Shown: piece after piece, positions 9,270-18,942 of the stretch
Layout: the number at the start of each line of letters is the position of its first letter
Numbering within the stretch: the stretch's first letter is position 1
NCBI GenBank assembly: GCA_001512485.1
Contig: LFRV01000074.1
Location: 38,774-102,773 of the forward strand
Length of the DNA: 64,000 bases
Direction: 5' to 3'
From: Clostridiales bacterium DTU069
Lineage (GTDB): Bacteria > Bacillota > Clostridia > DSM-8532
Notes under the pieces: generated by a model
What the model was told of the DNA's origin: nothing
Seen by the model: only the letters and a program-made list of their open reading frames with translations
Databases searched by the model: none
Position numbers and translations under genes: made by a program

Positions 9270-10598
9270 TTATTCTGCCGCCACTGTCTTTGCCATTATT
9301 TCGAGCGTTTGCTGATAATCAAATTTTTCTTCGGTATCCTGTACCAAAAATTCGTTAATTCCCTTTATAACCGAAATCGCTCTGTCGATATCGGGATTGC
9401 TTCCTTTTACATAAGCACCGACATTTATTAAATCCTCGGCGTCCCTGTAAACAGAGAGATTTTTCCGAATCTCGGCGGCAACTTTTTTATGTTCATCATC
9501 AACTATATCGCTCATAACCCTGCTTATGCTTTCAAGAACATCTATGGCCGGGTAATGGTTGCGATGCGCAAGCTGTCTGGATAAAACAATATGACCGTCG
9601 AGTATGCTTCTCGCGGTGTCGGTAACGGGTTCGGTCATATCGTCCCCATCGACAAGCACGGTATATAGACCTGTAATCGAACCGCTGCCGGATGTTCCGG
9701 AGCGTTCAAGCAGCTTTGGCATTACCGAAAAAACAGACGGTGTATATCCTCGGGATACGGGAGGCTCGCCTATTGCAAGACCTATCTCTCTCTGCGCCAT
9801 TGAAAACCGGGTAAGCGAATCCATCAACAGCAGGACGTCTTTGCCTTTATCCCTGAAATATTCGGCTATTGCTACCGCAACAAACGCGCCTTTTTTTCTA
9901 ATCAGTGCGGGCTGATCTGAGGTAGCGACGACGACAACCGATCGTTTAAGGCCGTCATCCTGCAAATCACGCTCGAGAAAATCCCTTACTTCCCTTCCGC
10001 GCTCACCTATTAGCGCTATCACGTTAACATCCGCTTTTGTGTTTCTGGCTATCATTCCTATTAACGTGCTTTTTCCGACGCCGCTTCCCGCGAAAATCCC
10101 CATTCTCTGTCCTTTACCGAGCGTCAGAAGCCCGTCTATGCATTTTACACCTAACGGCAAAGCTTGATTAATCCTCGGCCGCTTTAAAGGATGCGGAGGG
10201 TTGTTATTAACAGGGTAATATCCCGAAATCCCAAGCCTGCCTTTACCGTCAATAGGTTTTCCAAGCCCGTTGATCACCCTGCCCAGCAGTCCTTCGCCGA
10301 CACCCACGCTTAACTGCGTTCCTGTCGCGATAACATGATTCCCCGGGCCGATTCCATCCATTTCACCAAGGGGCATCAGGAGCACGCTCCTGTCTTTAAA
10401 TCCGACAACTTCGGCTAATATTTCCTTCCCTGCCCTCGCGTTAATTATCCGGCACAAATCGCCGACATTGGCTTCAGGCCCGTTGGATTCGATAGTAAGC
10501 CCGACAACCTTTGTTACCTGGCCTTTAAAACACACAAACTTACGATCGTTTAATATTTTTTTGTATTTTTCAAGGTTAACCGGTATTACCATAATCAC
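9270..10598 (-). CDS. fliI: Flagellum-specific ATP synthase FliI
   Basis: 442-aa ORF with Walker A GSGVGKST, Walker B LLLMDSLTR and F1/T3SS ATPase-like sequence throughout. Confidence 0.95.
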   Translation of the reverse strand: MIMVIPVNLEKYKKILNDRKFVCFKGQVTKVVGLTIESNGPEANVGDLCRIINARAGKEILAEVVGFKDRSVLLMPLGEMDGIGPGNHVIATGTQLSVGVGEGLLGRVINGLGKPIDGKGRLGISGYYPVNNNPPHPLKRPRINQALPLGVKCIDGLLTLGKGQRMGIFAGSGVGKSTLIGMIARNTKADVNVIALIGERGREVRDFLERDLQDDGLKRSVVVVATSDQPALIRKKGAFVAVAIAEYFRDKGKDVLLLMDSLTRFSMAQREIGLAIGEPPVSRGYTPSVFSVMPKLLERSGTSGSGSITGLYTVLVDGDDMTEPVTDTARSILDGHIVLSRQLAHRNHYPAIDVLESISRVMSDIVDDEHKKVAAEIRKNLSVYRDAEDLINVGAYVKGSNPDIDRAISVIKGINEFLVQDTEEKFDYQQTLEIMAKTVAAE

Positions 10599-10663
10599 TC
10601 CAATTAGAATTCAAATTCCCTGCAATATTTGCCCGATGGCAGCCGCAACGAGCAAACGGACTG

Positions 10664-11446
10664 TCATTCGGCTTTTGTTTCACCGGCTTGCGGCTTATAC
10701 CCGATAAGTTCTTTGAACGCCCGTTCCACAGCCGCAAGCTGGGTCTCAACACTTGCGTCTATTGAACCGAAACCTGTTTCAATAAGACAGTCTCCTTTTT
10801 TCAGTGCACTGTCCTTTTTAATCGTAATCTCCCGGATATCTTCGCTGTACCGGAGCAATTCATCCCTGTTTTCGCATAAATAGTCGTAATCGTCGGGACA
10901 GACCCTCACAACAACGTCATTAGACGGAGAACTCCCCGTTATCGCCGTTCCGACAAGGCTTAAAACGGCATCCCTGTTATTCTCCAATTCCATACCGATT
11001 ATCTTGCGTGAAACATCAATAATGATATCAACAATATCGCTTTCCAGACGTGCCATGGTATCGTTGTAAACCTTTTGCGCCTGATTTTTTATATCCTCCG
11101 CTTCGTCCAGCAATGCCTGATAATGCTGCCTGGCGAGTTGTTCCCCGTTACGGTAGCCTTCTTCTTTCGCTTTTTGCTCGATATCAAACATATGCTGCTC
11201 AATTTTTCCCTGGGCTTCTTCGAGCATTTCATTCGCTTTTTTCCTGGCATCATCTATTAACTTTTTCGCTTCCGCACGGGCGGCATTAATAACCGCTTCC
11301 GCCTGTTCCTCGGGGCTTTGTGTTTTATGGTCCGGCTGTTCCTTTTTCACCGGTTCGGGCATTGTTTTTTTAGGTCTTACCTGGTATGGCTTTCCTATAT
11401 TAACCTGATATTTCTTATAAACTCCGCTTCCATACAAGTTAAACAA
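10664..11446 (-). CDS. fliH: Flagellar assembly protein FliH
   Basis: 260-aa ORF with a charged coiled-coil N-terminal half and a FliH-type C-terminal domain. It overlaps the fliG stop by 8 nt and precedes fliI. Confidence 0.75.
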   Translation of the reverse strand: MFNLYGSGVYKKYQVNIGKPYQVRPKKTMPEPVKKEQPDHKTQSPEEQAEAVINAARAEAKKLIDDARKKANEMLEEAQGKIEQHMFDIEQKAKEEGYRNGEQLARQHYQALLDEAEDIKNQAQKVYNDTMARLESDIVDIIIDVSRKIIGMELENNRDAVLSLVGTAITGSSPSNDVVVRVCPDDYDYLCENRDELLRYSEDIREITIKKDSALKKGDCLIETGFGSIDASVETQLAAVERAFKELIGYKPQAGETKAE

Positions 11447-12476
11447 CTATTTCGTCTCCTCCGCCTCTGGAAATAATAATTTCTCCTGCATCTTCGAGTT
11501 TTCGAATGACATTTACTATCTTCTGCTGAGCCTCTTCGACGTCTTTTAACCTGACGGGGCCCATGAATTCTATGTCTTCCCTGATCATTTCGGCCAAACG
11601 TTTGGACATGTTATTGTATATAACATTCTGAACTTCCTCGGTAGCGCCTTTGAGCGCAATTGCAAGCTGGCTGTTGTCAACCTCACGCAGGAAGCGCTGT
11701 ATTGAACGATTGTCGAGCTGGAGGATATCCTCGAATACGAACATGCGTTTACGGATTTCTTCAGCCAGATCCGCGTCCTCAATTTCAAGCGTTTCCATTA
11801 TGAATTTTTCAGTTCCGCGGTCGACCGAATTCAATATATCGACTATTGCCTGCAGGCCGCCGGTAGCGGTATAATCTTCGGTTACAAGCGATGAAAGCTT
11901 CTTTTCGAGCACTCTTTCAACTTCCTTGATAATCTCAGGCGAAGTCCTGTCCATAACGGCGATTCGTCTTGCGACATCGGCCTGCTTGTCCTGCGGAAGC
12001 GATGAAAGAATGACCGCCGCCTGCTGCGGCTTCAGGTATGCCAGTATAAGAGCGATTGTCTGAGGGTGTTCGCTTTGAATGAAATTCAACACCTGGGAAG
12101 GATCGGCTTTTCTAACAAAATCGAAAGGTCTTACCTGCAGTGATACTGTCAGTTTATTTATAATTTCCATTGTCTTTTCGGTTCCGAGGGCTTTTTCAAG
12201 AATGTCCTTGGCATATCCGATTCCGCCTTCGGCAATATACTCCTGGGCAAGACAGATCTGATAAAACTCTTCAAGAACCTTGTTCTTATCCTGCGGAGAC
12301 ACGCTTCGAATATTCGCAATCTCAAGAGTCAGCTGCTCGATCTCATCTTCTTTAAGATGTTTAAAAATCTGTGCCGAGCGTTCAGGTCCCAATGTTATCA
12401 AAAGCATCGCGGCTTTTTCTTTTCCCGTATATTCCCGCGTTTCACCGCGTACTGCCAATCTGTTCACCCCCAACAA
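11439..12476 (-). CDS. fliG: Flagellar motor switch protein FliG
   Basis: 345-aa ORF containing EKAAMLLITLGPERSAQIFKHLKEDEIEQLTLEIA and a C-terminal torque-helix region (MSKRLAEMIREDIEFMGPVRLKDVEEAQ). Confidence 0.93.
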   Translation of the reverse strand: MLGVNRLAVRGETREYTGKEKAAMLLITLGPERSAQIFKHLKEDEIEQLTLEIANIRSVSPQDKNKVLEEFYQICLAQEYIAEGGIGYAKDILEKALGTEKTMEIINKLTVSLQVRPFDFVRKADPSQVLNFIQSEHPQTIALILAYLKPQQAAVILSSLPQDKQADVARRIAVMDRTSPEIIKEVERVLEKKLSSLVTEDYTATGGLQAIVDILNSVDRGTEKFIMETLEIEDADLAEEIRKRMFVFEDILQLDNRSIQRFLREVDNSQLAIALKGATEEVQNVIYNNMSKRLAEMIREDIEFMGPVRLKDVEEAQQKIVNVIRKLEDAGEIIISRGGGDEIVV

Positions 12477-12513
12477 CCGTATAAGCTGTTTTTAGCACAA
12501 TTATTTATAAACA

Positions 12514-12550
12514 CATAACCAGGTACACTAAATTTGTACCCACCGTTATG
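12514..12550 (-). promoter_or_regulatory. Interrupted 12-bp stem-loop in the 141-bp fliF-fliG gap
   Basis: CATAAC ca GGTACA ctaaatt TGTACC cacc GTTATG. Confidence 0.5.
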
Positions 12551-12617
12551 TATTTTTAATCTAGTAAACAATATTAAGCTTCATTAATTCGCAGCTGCCG
12601 TAATGACGTTCCGTATA

Positions 12618-14186
12618 TCAGTCCCACTCCTCGGCAAGCCAGTTTCTAAGCAGCTGCGCGACCGCATCCGGCTTCGCCGCGACAAATCTCTCAATCTGCT
12701 CTTTCAATTCATTCGCTTCTCCAAGCTCAATATCCGGAAAACTCATCTTCGGCCTTTCAGGAATGACAAACTGCGGGCCTTCGAATGCCGGTTCCGGTTC
12801 CGGCTCTTCTTCCTTCTTCTTCCTTGGAACAAGCAGTACGGCCATAATAACCAGCAGCAAAATCATAAGAATATATAATCCGTATTGTTCAATAAATCTG
12901 TTCAGGTTATCCGCAAACTTCACTTCAGGTTCCGCCTCGGGTACAAGTTTTTGTATGCTGACCGAAATGTTGTTTTTAGGTATACCTATTGCATTGCTAG
13001 CGTCCTGCTTGATTTGTTCTATGTATTCACTCGTAAGGGCTTCCGCGGTTTCTACGATATGGCCGTACCACAGCGTAATAGTCGCGGTTGTTTCTTCCGG
13101 TACCAGTTTCCCAAGAGCTTTCTGGGTTTCTATTTCTTTTTCGTTAAAGAGTCGCTCTTCAAGGTTTTGCTCTTTCTGGTAGTAAGATTCGCCCGATGTT
13201 CCGATCTGATAGGTGGCGGTCCCAGGATTGCTGTCAAGGCCAGGCGGCTGGCCTCCTTCTCCGCTTTGAAGCTTTTCTTCAAGCGTTTCAAGGGTTTTTA
13301 CAAAACCTTCCCCTTCACTGTCCGGCGCCGAGAACTGGACTTCCCTGCTGTTTAACGTATCAAAATCAAGGCTCGCGCTGACTGTAACGCTCATTGTGTC
13401 AAAATTCGCGTTCTGCACCATCCCTACCCGAAAATGCTTATATATTTTCCGTTCCATTTCAAGTTCGCGATTGCGTCTCATCTCTTCCTGACTGCTGGCT
13501 ACCCCGATTGACGATGTGCTTTGCGTCAGGTTCAGCGGATTTAAAAATTCATCAACAAGAGTGATGTTTTCTTTCGGGATACCTATTGAAGCAGCCACAA
13601 CCCTCGCTGCTGCTTCAATCTGCTCAGGCGTTAAATCCCCTTTTGTTTTTAACGACACGAAAGCAGAACCCTGGTCCTGCTTATTGTTGTTTGATGCCCA
13701 GTAGGTTTTTTCAGGTTTTGTGTACTGCACCGAAGCGTCAATTACATTCTCGAACTTCTTCAGTTTATATACGAGGTTTGTTTGCTCGAACTGCCTCCAC
13801 AGCTTTGCTTTATCCTCTTCGGTTACTGTCAGTGAAAGCTTTGACCAGCTCTGATCAAATATGACATCAGGGCTTATTAAGCCCGCCTCGCTTGCAAGAT
13901 CAAATTCAATATCGGTTTTTTTGCGGCTGTCGACATAGATCTGATTGGTTCCTTTTTTATAGCTTATGCCATGCGAATCAAGGTAATCGATAATGGCCTT
14001 TACGTCATATTCATTACCGCTTTCAAGAAGTGGAACATATGTAACTCTTAGACTTATTACAAGCATAAACACTACCGCTGCCAAAATTACTCCCGCTGTA
14101 ATGTATAACCTTATCTTTTGTCCTTTGTCGAGATCCTTCCAGTAGTCCTTTATCTTATCCCAGATCCTTGTTAACCATTCCGGCAT
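12618..14186 (-). CDS. fliF: Flagellar M-ring protein FliF
   Basis: 522-aa ORF with N-terminal and C-proximal TM helices, YscJ/FliF ring-building sequence and a C-terminal FliG-binding tail (PDAVAQLLRNWL). Confidence 0.9.
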   Translation of the reverse strand: MPEWLTRIWDKIKDYWKDLDKGQKIRLYITAGVILAAVVFMLVISLRVTYVPLLESGNEYDVKAIIDYLDSHGISYKKGTNQIYVDSRKKTDIEFDLASEAGLISPDVIFDQSWSKLSLTVTEEDKAKLWRQFEQTNLVYKLKKFENVIDASVQYTKPEKTYWASNNNKQDQGSAFVSLKTKGDLTPEQIEAAARVVAASIGIPKENITLVDEFLNPLNLTQSTSSIGVASSQEEMRRNRELEMERKIYKHFRVGMVQNANFDTMSVTVSASLDFDTLNSREVQFSAPDSEGEGFVKTLETLEEKLQSGEGGQPPGLDSNPGTATYQIGTSGESYYQKEQNLEERLFNEKEIETQKALGKLVPEETTATITLWYGHIVETAEALTSEYIEQIKQDASNAIGIPKNNISVSIQKLVPEAEPEVKFADNLNRFIEQYGLYILMILLLVIMAVLLVPRKKKEEEPEPEPAFEGPQFVIPERPKMSFPDIELGEANELKEQIERFVAAKPDAVAQLLRNWLAEEWD

Positions 14187-14248
14187 TGTATTTCCCCCCA
14201 GACAGGTTTATCTTTTGTAATAGAACATAAAACCCTTTCCTCAATAAA

Positions 14249-14289
14249 CCAATTCAATAACAGGTATTATATTTTCCTCATTGAATTGG
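14249..14289 (-). promoter_or_regulatory. 10-bp perfect inverted repeat in the 155-bp fliE-fliF gap
   Basis: CCAATTCAAT-21 nt-ATTGAATTGG. Confidence 0.5.
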
Positions 14290-14342
14290 CACAATAAATA
14301 TTTATGCGCTGTTACATACAAAACATCCAGAATAGTGTTCAA

Positions 14343-14645
14343 CTAAACCTGCATCCTCATAATTTCATTGTATGCATCCAATACTCTGTTTCTGATTTCA
14401 ACAATGAGTTCAAGCGATATCGAAGCTTTTTCGGCTGCAATCAGTACAGAGTGAATACTGTCGGTTCTGCCTGCGATAAAATCTTCAGTAATGCTGTCGG
14501 CCTGTTTTTCGAGCCCGGATACATCCTTAAGCGCTTTCATCATAATATCCTTGAAGCTGGTTTGCTCTTCGGCCTGCATACCGGCCGCGCGCGTTTCTTG
14601 TACCAGTGTATCCTGGCGCAGCAGCGACAACCCCGAAACATTCAT
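14343..14645 (-). CDS. fliE: Flagellar hook-basal body complex protein FliE
   Basis: 100-aa ORF whose C-terminal IAAEKASISLELIVEIRNRVLDAYNEIMRMQV is typical of FliE. It lies between flgC and fliF. Confidence 0.8.
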   Translation of the reverse strand: MNVSGLSLLRQDTLVQETRAAGMQAEEQTSFKDIMMKALKDVSGLEKQADSITEDFIAGRTDSIHSVLIAAEKASISLELIVEIRNRVLDAYNEIMRMQV

Positions 14646-14724
14646 TTATTCCCTCTCCTTTATTGCTTTTTCTTTTGTTCAAAATACCCGCAGCATTCAA
14701 TATTTCTAATCCTTAAAAAAGTAC

Positions 14725-15168
14725 TTATCTCCCTATTTCCAGCGCTTTTTCAGCCATTGATTTAGTCGCGTTAACAGCCGTTACATTTGCCTCATATGCC
14801 CTTGTCGCCGAAATCATATTTACCATTTCTGTCACAACATCGACATTCGGCATTTGTACTATGCCGTTTTCATCTGCATCAGGATGGCCCGGATCATATA
14901 CCATTTTAAACGGTGTCTGATCTTCAATTATACGTGATACCCGCACCCCTTTGCTTTTAATGAGTTGACGGCTTGCTCCCGTAAGGTAGCTTGAAAAAGG
15001 AACATTCCCTTCCTGTGCCTCAAATATAACGGTTTTTCTTCTGTACGGAGTGCCGTTCTCAGTACGGGTAGTATTAACATTTGCAATATTCTCTGCAATT
15101 ATATCCATCCTAAGGCGCTGTGCGGTTAAAGCCGACGCGCTTGAATTAAGTGCGCTGAAAAAGCCCAT
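14725..15168 (-). CDS. flgC: Flagellar basal-body rod protein FlgC
   Basis: 147-aa ORF with ALTAQRLRMDIIAENIANVNTTR at the N terminus and YEANVTAVNATKSMAEKALEIGR at the C terminus. Confidence 0.92.
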   Translation of the reverse strand: MGFFSALNSSASALTAQRLRMDIIAENIANVNTTRTENGTPYRRKTVIFEAQEGNVPFSSYLTGASRQLIKSKGVRVSRIIEDQTPFKMVYDPGHPDADENGIVQMPNVDVVTEMVNMISATRAYEANVTAVNATKSMAEKALEIGR

Positions 15169-15173
15169 AATAC

Positions 15174-15563
15174 CTACCTCCCGCGAATAACGGTCCTGAT
15201 TTTGTTAAATTGGCCGCTCATTCTTTGTATCAGCGTATTGTACCGCAATGTATTTTCAGCGAGCTTTGCCATCTCTCTTTCGATATCGACATTGTTGCCG
15301 TCAAGCCGGTAACTGTAATTTTTGTGATCTTCAATAACCTTAATATCCCCGGAGCCTTGAAGGCGGGATTTTCCATTCGAGATACGGCTGTATTTCATCT
15401 CTGAATTGAGAAATTCTTCGAATTTTACTTCTTTTCTTTTATAGTTGGGTGTGTCAACGTTTGCGATGTTTTGCGAAATGACGTCATTTCTAAGCCATGC
15501 GGCATCCAATGACCTTTCCAGATTGTTTCTGGGAAAAAGCAGCTTATTCAGCAACAATATCAC
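15174..15563 (-). CDS. flgB: Flagellar basal-body rod protein FlgB
   Basis: 129-aa ORF with the rod-protein motif NDVISQNIANVDTPNYKRKEV. It is the first gene of the operon. Confidence 0.88.
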   Translation of the reverse strand: MILLLNKLLFPRNNLERSLDAAWLRNDVISQNIANVDTPNYKRKEVKFEEFLNSEMKYSRISNGKSRLQGSGDIKVIEDHKNYSYRLDGNNVDIEREMAKLAENTLRYNTLIQRMSGQFNKIRTVIRGR

Positions 15564-15644
15564 CCCTTAAAGAATATACATTCCCTTCATCTTATGTAAA
15601 CGATTATCTGCGCAATCTATAAAGCATTTGAACAATCTATGCAT

Positions 15645-15673
15645 ATATTACCATATAGTTTTACAAAATACAA
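15645..15673 (-). promoter_or_regulatory. Candidate sigma-A promoter of the flgB operon (TTGTAT-17-TAATAT, with TGG just upstream of the -10)
   Basis: The minus strand reads TTGTAT tttgtaaaactatatgg TAATAT about 80 nt upstream of the flgB ATG. Motif match only. Confidence 0.35.
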
Positions 15674-15986
15674 TAAAAGTCCGCCGAAAACATCAATTTC
15701 CTCGCTATTTTGTCGTTGTTTATGCCTTTTTTATATTATTTTTGTATTATATCATTAATTTTTGCGGATCCTTTTGCCCGGACATCTGAACAAGCAGAAC
15801 GCTAATTAATTCCGGGAACTTTTATTATATTTTTCGGCAAAAAATAAAATATGCCGCAGTTTTCAATTAAAAATAAATAATTAAAGAATCAAAATTAAAT
15901 AAAGTGAAACAATAAAAGCAAAGCTGAAATTCATTTTTTGCGGCATTGATACAAAAAAATCAGCCAGTCACACCATAACTTACTAC

Positions 15987-16015
15987 TCATATATCGAGGT
16001 TTTGCAGACATAATA
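15987..16015 (+). promoter_or_regulatory. Candidate forespore (sigma-G/F type) promoter of the SASP gene
   Basis: TCATA-17 nt-CATAATA lies 24 nt upstream of the SASP ATG. The -10 matches the CATAATA consensus exactly and the -35 is 4/5 to GHATR. Confidence 0.45.
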
Positions 16016-16038
16016 AGTAGTGAGGAGGTGAGACAAAT

Positions 16039-16248
16039 ATGGCAACCAACAACACAAGAAGCAAAACTCAATTTGAAAACATGAAATACGAAATTGCAAA
16101 TCAATTGGGTATCAACCTTAAACAGGGGTACAATGGCGATCTGACCTCAAGGGAAGCCGGAACGATCGGTGGAAACATAGTGAAAAAGGTTTTCCAGAGT
16201 TATACCGGGAATCAGTATCCTCAATATGACACAAACAACAACAAATAA
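16039..16248 (+). CDS. Small acid-soluble spore protein, alpha/beta type
   Basis: 69-aa ORF with MKYEIANQLGI and the REAGTIGGNIVKKV signatures of alpha/beta SASPs. A strong RBS (GAGGAGGTGA) precedes it. Confidence 0.9.
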   Translation: MATNNTRSKTQFENMKYEIANQLGINLKQGYNGDLTSREAGTIGGNIVKKVFQSYTGNQYPQYDTNNNK

Positions 16249-16348
16249 CCGGTAACTGAATTTCCTTCTTTGAACTTGACCACTTAACGCTTTGCATAAA
16301 ACAATTGAGTCGTTTTATCGAATGCGAATTAACAATTGAAAACAAATG

Positions 16349-16383
16349 GCAGGAAACTGTTAAAACAGTTCCTGCTGTTTTTT
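16349..16383 (+). terminator. Rho-independent terminator after the SASP gene; overlaps the 3' end of ytfJ
   Basis: GCAGGAAACTGTT..AACAGTTCCTGC stem followed by TGTTTTTT. Confidence 0.7.
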
Positions 16384-16812
16384 GTCCTTTTTTTCTATTT
16401 CTTTTTCTATTTTTTCCGTATCCGCTTTTTTCTTCCCTGCCAGAGCAGAAATTTTGTCAAGAAACCCCGGCAGGAAATCTATGATGCGATCAAGGGCCGT
16501 ATTATGTTCGACAGGCAACAGCTTAATTGCGTTGTTTTTTCCTACAACCACAAAAGCGACCGGATGAATCGTAACACCGGCTCCGCTTCCTCCGGCAAAA
16601 GGAAAGTTCTCCATCTGATCCGTTTTCCTATCCCTTTGTCCCTGGTAATCCCCTCCTCCGGCGGCAAAGCCAAAAGCAACCCTGGAAACCGGGATAATTA
16701 CAGTATCATCGGCAGTCTGCACGGCGTCACCGACAATGGTGTTAACGTCTACCATGTCCCTTATGCTTTCCATTGCGGTCTTCATTAATTCATCAATAGG
16801 ATGTGCCCCCAT
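16360..16812 (-). CDS. ytfJ: Sporulation protein YtfJ (GerW family)
   Basis: 150-aa ORF with ESIRDMVDVNTIVGDAVQTADDTVIIPVSRVAFGFAAGGGDY, characteristic of YtfJ/GerW. Confidence 0.85.
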   Translation of the reverse strand: MGAHPIDELMKTAMESIRDMVDVNTIVGDAVQTADDTVIIPVSRVAFGFAAGGGDYQGQRDRKTDQMENFPFAGGSGAGVTIHPVAFVVVGKNNAIKLLPVEHNTALDRIIDFLPGFLDKISALAGKKKADTEKIEKEIEKKDKKQQELF

Positions 16813-16913
16813 CCCTTCACCTCCAAAATTTTTTTAATAAATTTAACCCTAATTATCCTTTACAATTAACGGTAAAACTATTCAGCTTTTTATAAGCATT
16901 TTTTCGCTGTATC

Positions 16914-17489
16914 TTAAAATGTCGAGGCCGAATTGGTTTTTGCGTTGAAAACATACTGTTTACCTGTATCGTACAGTATCAATATCAATATTTTCAGCAG
17001 CATTACCCTGATAACTGCGTGAAATATCAGTTCATTCCGGTTGTTCTGAAAATCCGGAACTAGGTTGAAGTTTCCGTGTTCAAGGTTGAACCACGCCGAC
17101 AAAACAATCACCAGGAAATTCCACAGCGCAAGGATAATCCCGTATATTATAGCGTTCGCGGCTGCGTCTTCGGTGGAAAATGAGCCCGTAAGTTCAAGCT
17201 TCTCGATATGAAGTATTTTTCCCTTATTTTTTCGTACCGCGCCGACGATCAGGTTAATAAACCTCTTGCGGACGGTCTCTTTTTCCTTTGAGCCAAGCTT
17301 CCACTGTTTTTTCCCTTTTTCTTCCGCACCGCCTTTAACTTCGAAAACAGGGATGTATTTCAGCACCGTCCCTTTTATTGTATAGGCAATACCGGCATCT
17401 TCGGCTATAAGTTCAATCTGGATTCTGAAGTTGGTTAAAAGCAGCAGCAGTATCAATAAAAAAAGAACAAAAAAAACCGGAAGATACAT
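16914..17489 (-). CDS. DUF2953/YtfI-like sporulation membrane protein
   Basis: 191-aa ORF with an N-terminal TM helix and a LELTGSFSTEDAAANAIIYGIILALWNF segment. It is adjacent to ytfJ, as ytfI is in B. subtilis. Confidence 0.55.
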   Translation of the reverse strand: MYLPVFFVLFLLILLLLLTNFRIQIELIAEDAGIAYTIKGTVLKYIPVFEVKGGAEEKGKKQWKLGSKEKETVRKRFINLIVGAVRKNKGKILHIEKLELTGSFSTEDAAANAIIYGIILALWNFLVIVLSAWFNLEHGNFNLVPDFQNNRNELIFHAVIRVMLLKILILILYDTGKQYVFNAKTNSASTF

Positions 17490-17565
17490 TGCTTCACCTC
17501 ACCGGTTATTTTATCCGATTTATGCCGTTCTATCCTTCTATTTCCACGGGCATTCTTTTTTTTTA

Positions 17566-18117
17566 TCAGTCAACCGGAATTTCATCCATTACCGTTTGTA
17601 TGTCATTAATGTCAATAGGCGGTAAATCTTTAACGGAACTAAAGCCGAAGACCCTTAAGAATTCTTCCGTCGTGCCATACAGTTTAGGTTTGCCCGGACT
17701 ATCCTGCCTGCCCAATTCACATATAAGATTTTTTTCAACAAGATTCATAATTACATTATCCGAGTTCACTCCCCGGATATGTTCAACATAAGCTCTCGTA
17801 ACAGGCTGGTGATAAGCAATTATTGCAAGAGTTTCGTATGCTGCCTGCGAAAGCCCTTGTTTTTTCCGGGTATATCCGAGCTGAACTATGTATTTGTCAT
17901 ATTCCGGCTTCGTACAAAGCTGGTAACCTGTTCCTATCCGCCGCAGCATAATGCCCCTTGAAGAATTCTTGTATTTCATTTCCATATTTGACATTATACT
18001 GATAGTTGTTTTTTTATCCTGTTTAATTATCTCGGAAAGCTTTTCAATCGAAACAGAATCACCGGCGGCAAACAATACGGCTTCCAATATGCTCTCTATT
18101 TCACGCAGATCATGCAT
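17566..18117 (-). CDS. scpB: Segregation and condensation protein B
   Basis: Contains IESILEAVLFAAGDSVSIEKL and LSQAAYETLAIIAYHQPVTRAYVEHIRGV. The start is set at the ATG preceded by GAAAGGAAG; the ORF is open up to 18201. Confidence 0.88.
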   Translation of the reverse strand: MHDLREIESILEAVLFAAGDSVSIEKLSEIIKQDKKTTISIMSNMEMKYKNSSRGIMLRRIGTGYQLCTKPEYDKYIVQLGYTRKKQGLSQAAYETLAIIAYHQPVTRAYVEHIRGVNSDNVIMNLVEKNLICELGRQDSPGKPKLYGTTEEFLRVFGFSSVKDLPPIDINDIQTVMDEIPVD

Positions 18118-18142
18118 GTAAAGCTTCCTTTCATTTTCAGCA

Positions 18143-18907
18143 TTAAGCGCCTTCATCCCTGGCAATTCTCCTTGGTTCAATATATATTTCACCAAATTCA
18201 ACTTCTTGATGAATTGTTGCTTTTCCGGCTTTGGCTATCTCAAGCGCGGCCAAAAAACCCGTCGCGACTTCGAGCTTTGATGTCTTTTTTATATTAAAGA
18301 TCGCGGAAAAGCACAACCTCACGCCTTTTTTCAGCATATCAAGCAACTGCCTTATTTTCAATCTCAGTGAAACCCGTTCATGCTGTATTATGCGCTTCAT
18401 TTTTTGAGAATCGTCATTCTGACGGTCACAATATGCCTGAAAGGTTTTTTGATAGCATTCTTTCAGCAGGGAGGGCGAAACATCAAGCTCTATTTCATAA
18501 GCCGATTCCGGGAGGACTTCCGGTAATTTGTAATGAACTTTTCTCCATTCGGCTTCCCTGTTTCTTAAAACATCGGCAAAATCCCTGATCTTTTTGTATT
18601 CAATGAGCTTTAGAATCAGCTCTTCACGCGGGTCTTCCCCGGCTTCAGGCTGTTCTTTCCGTTCAGGCAGCAGCATGCGCGACTTTATATGCAATAGCGT
18701 CGCCGCCATTACAAGAAATTCGCTTGCAATCTCAAGATCCATTTCCTGCATTGCAAAAAGATAATCCAGGTATTGATCGGTAATTTCAACAATGGGTATA
18801 TCATATATGTCTATCTTATTTTTTTCAATAAGATAAAACAGTAAATCGAAAGGCCCTTCAAAATCTTTAATTTTAATCGTACAATGATCACTCGGCGTGT
18901 TTGTCAT
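18143..18907 (-). CDS. scpA: Segregation and condensation protein A
   Basis: IKIKDFEGPFDLLFYLIEKNKIDIYDIPI matches the ScpA N terminus. The start is set at the internal ATG that avoids overlap with trpS; the ORF is open up to 18952. Confidence 0.88.
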   Translation of the reverse strand: MTNTPSDHCTIKIKDFEGPFDLLFYLIEKNKIDIYDIPIVEITDQYLDYLFAMQEMDLEIASEFLVMAATLLHIKSRMLLPERKEQPEAGEDPREELILKLIEYKKIRDFADVLRNREAEWRKVHYKLPEVLPESAYEIELDVSPSLLKECYQKTFQAYCDRQNDDSQKMKRIIQHERVSLRLKIRQLLDMLKKGVRLCFSAIFNIKKTSKLEVATGFLAALEIAKAGKATIHQEVEFGEIYIEPRRIARDEGA

Positions 18908-18942
18908 AAGTAACTCTCCAGGATCAATACGTGTTGCCTGTT

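Noticed and set aside
15564-16038. A c-di-GMP riboswitch or invertible flagellar switch in the 475-bp region upstream of flgB, as in C. difficile
   Set aside because: The region is almost uniformly AT-rich and has none of the conserved GEMM-I GC-rich helices. The only inverted repeat I found (ATGCCGCA / TGCGGCAT, about 15852-15946) is 8 bp, far shorter than recombinase-type switch repeats. No recombinase gene is nearby.
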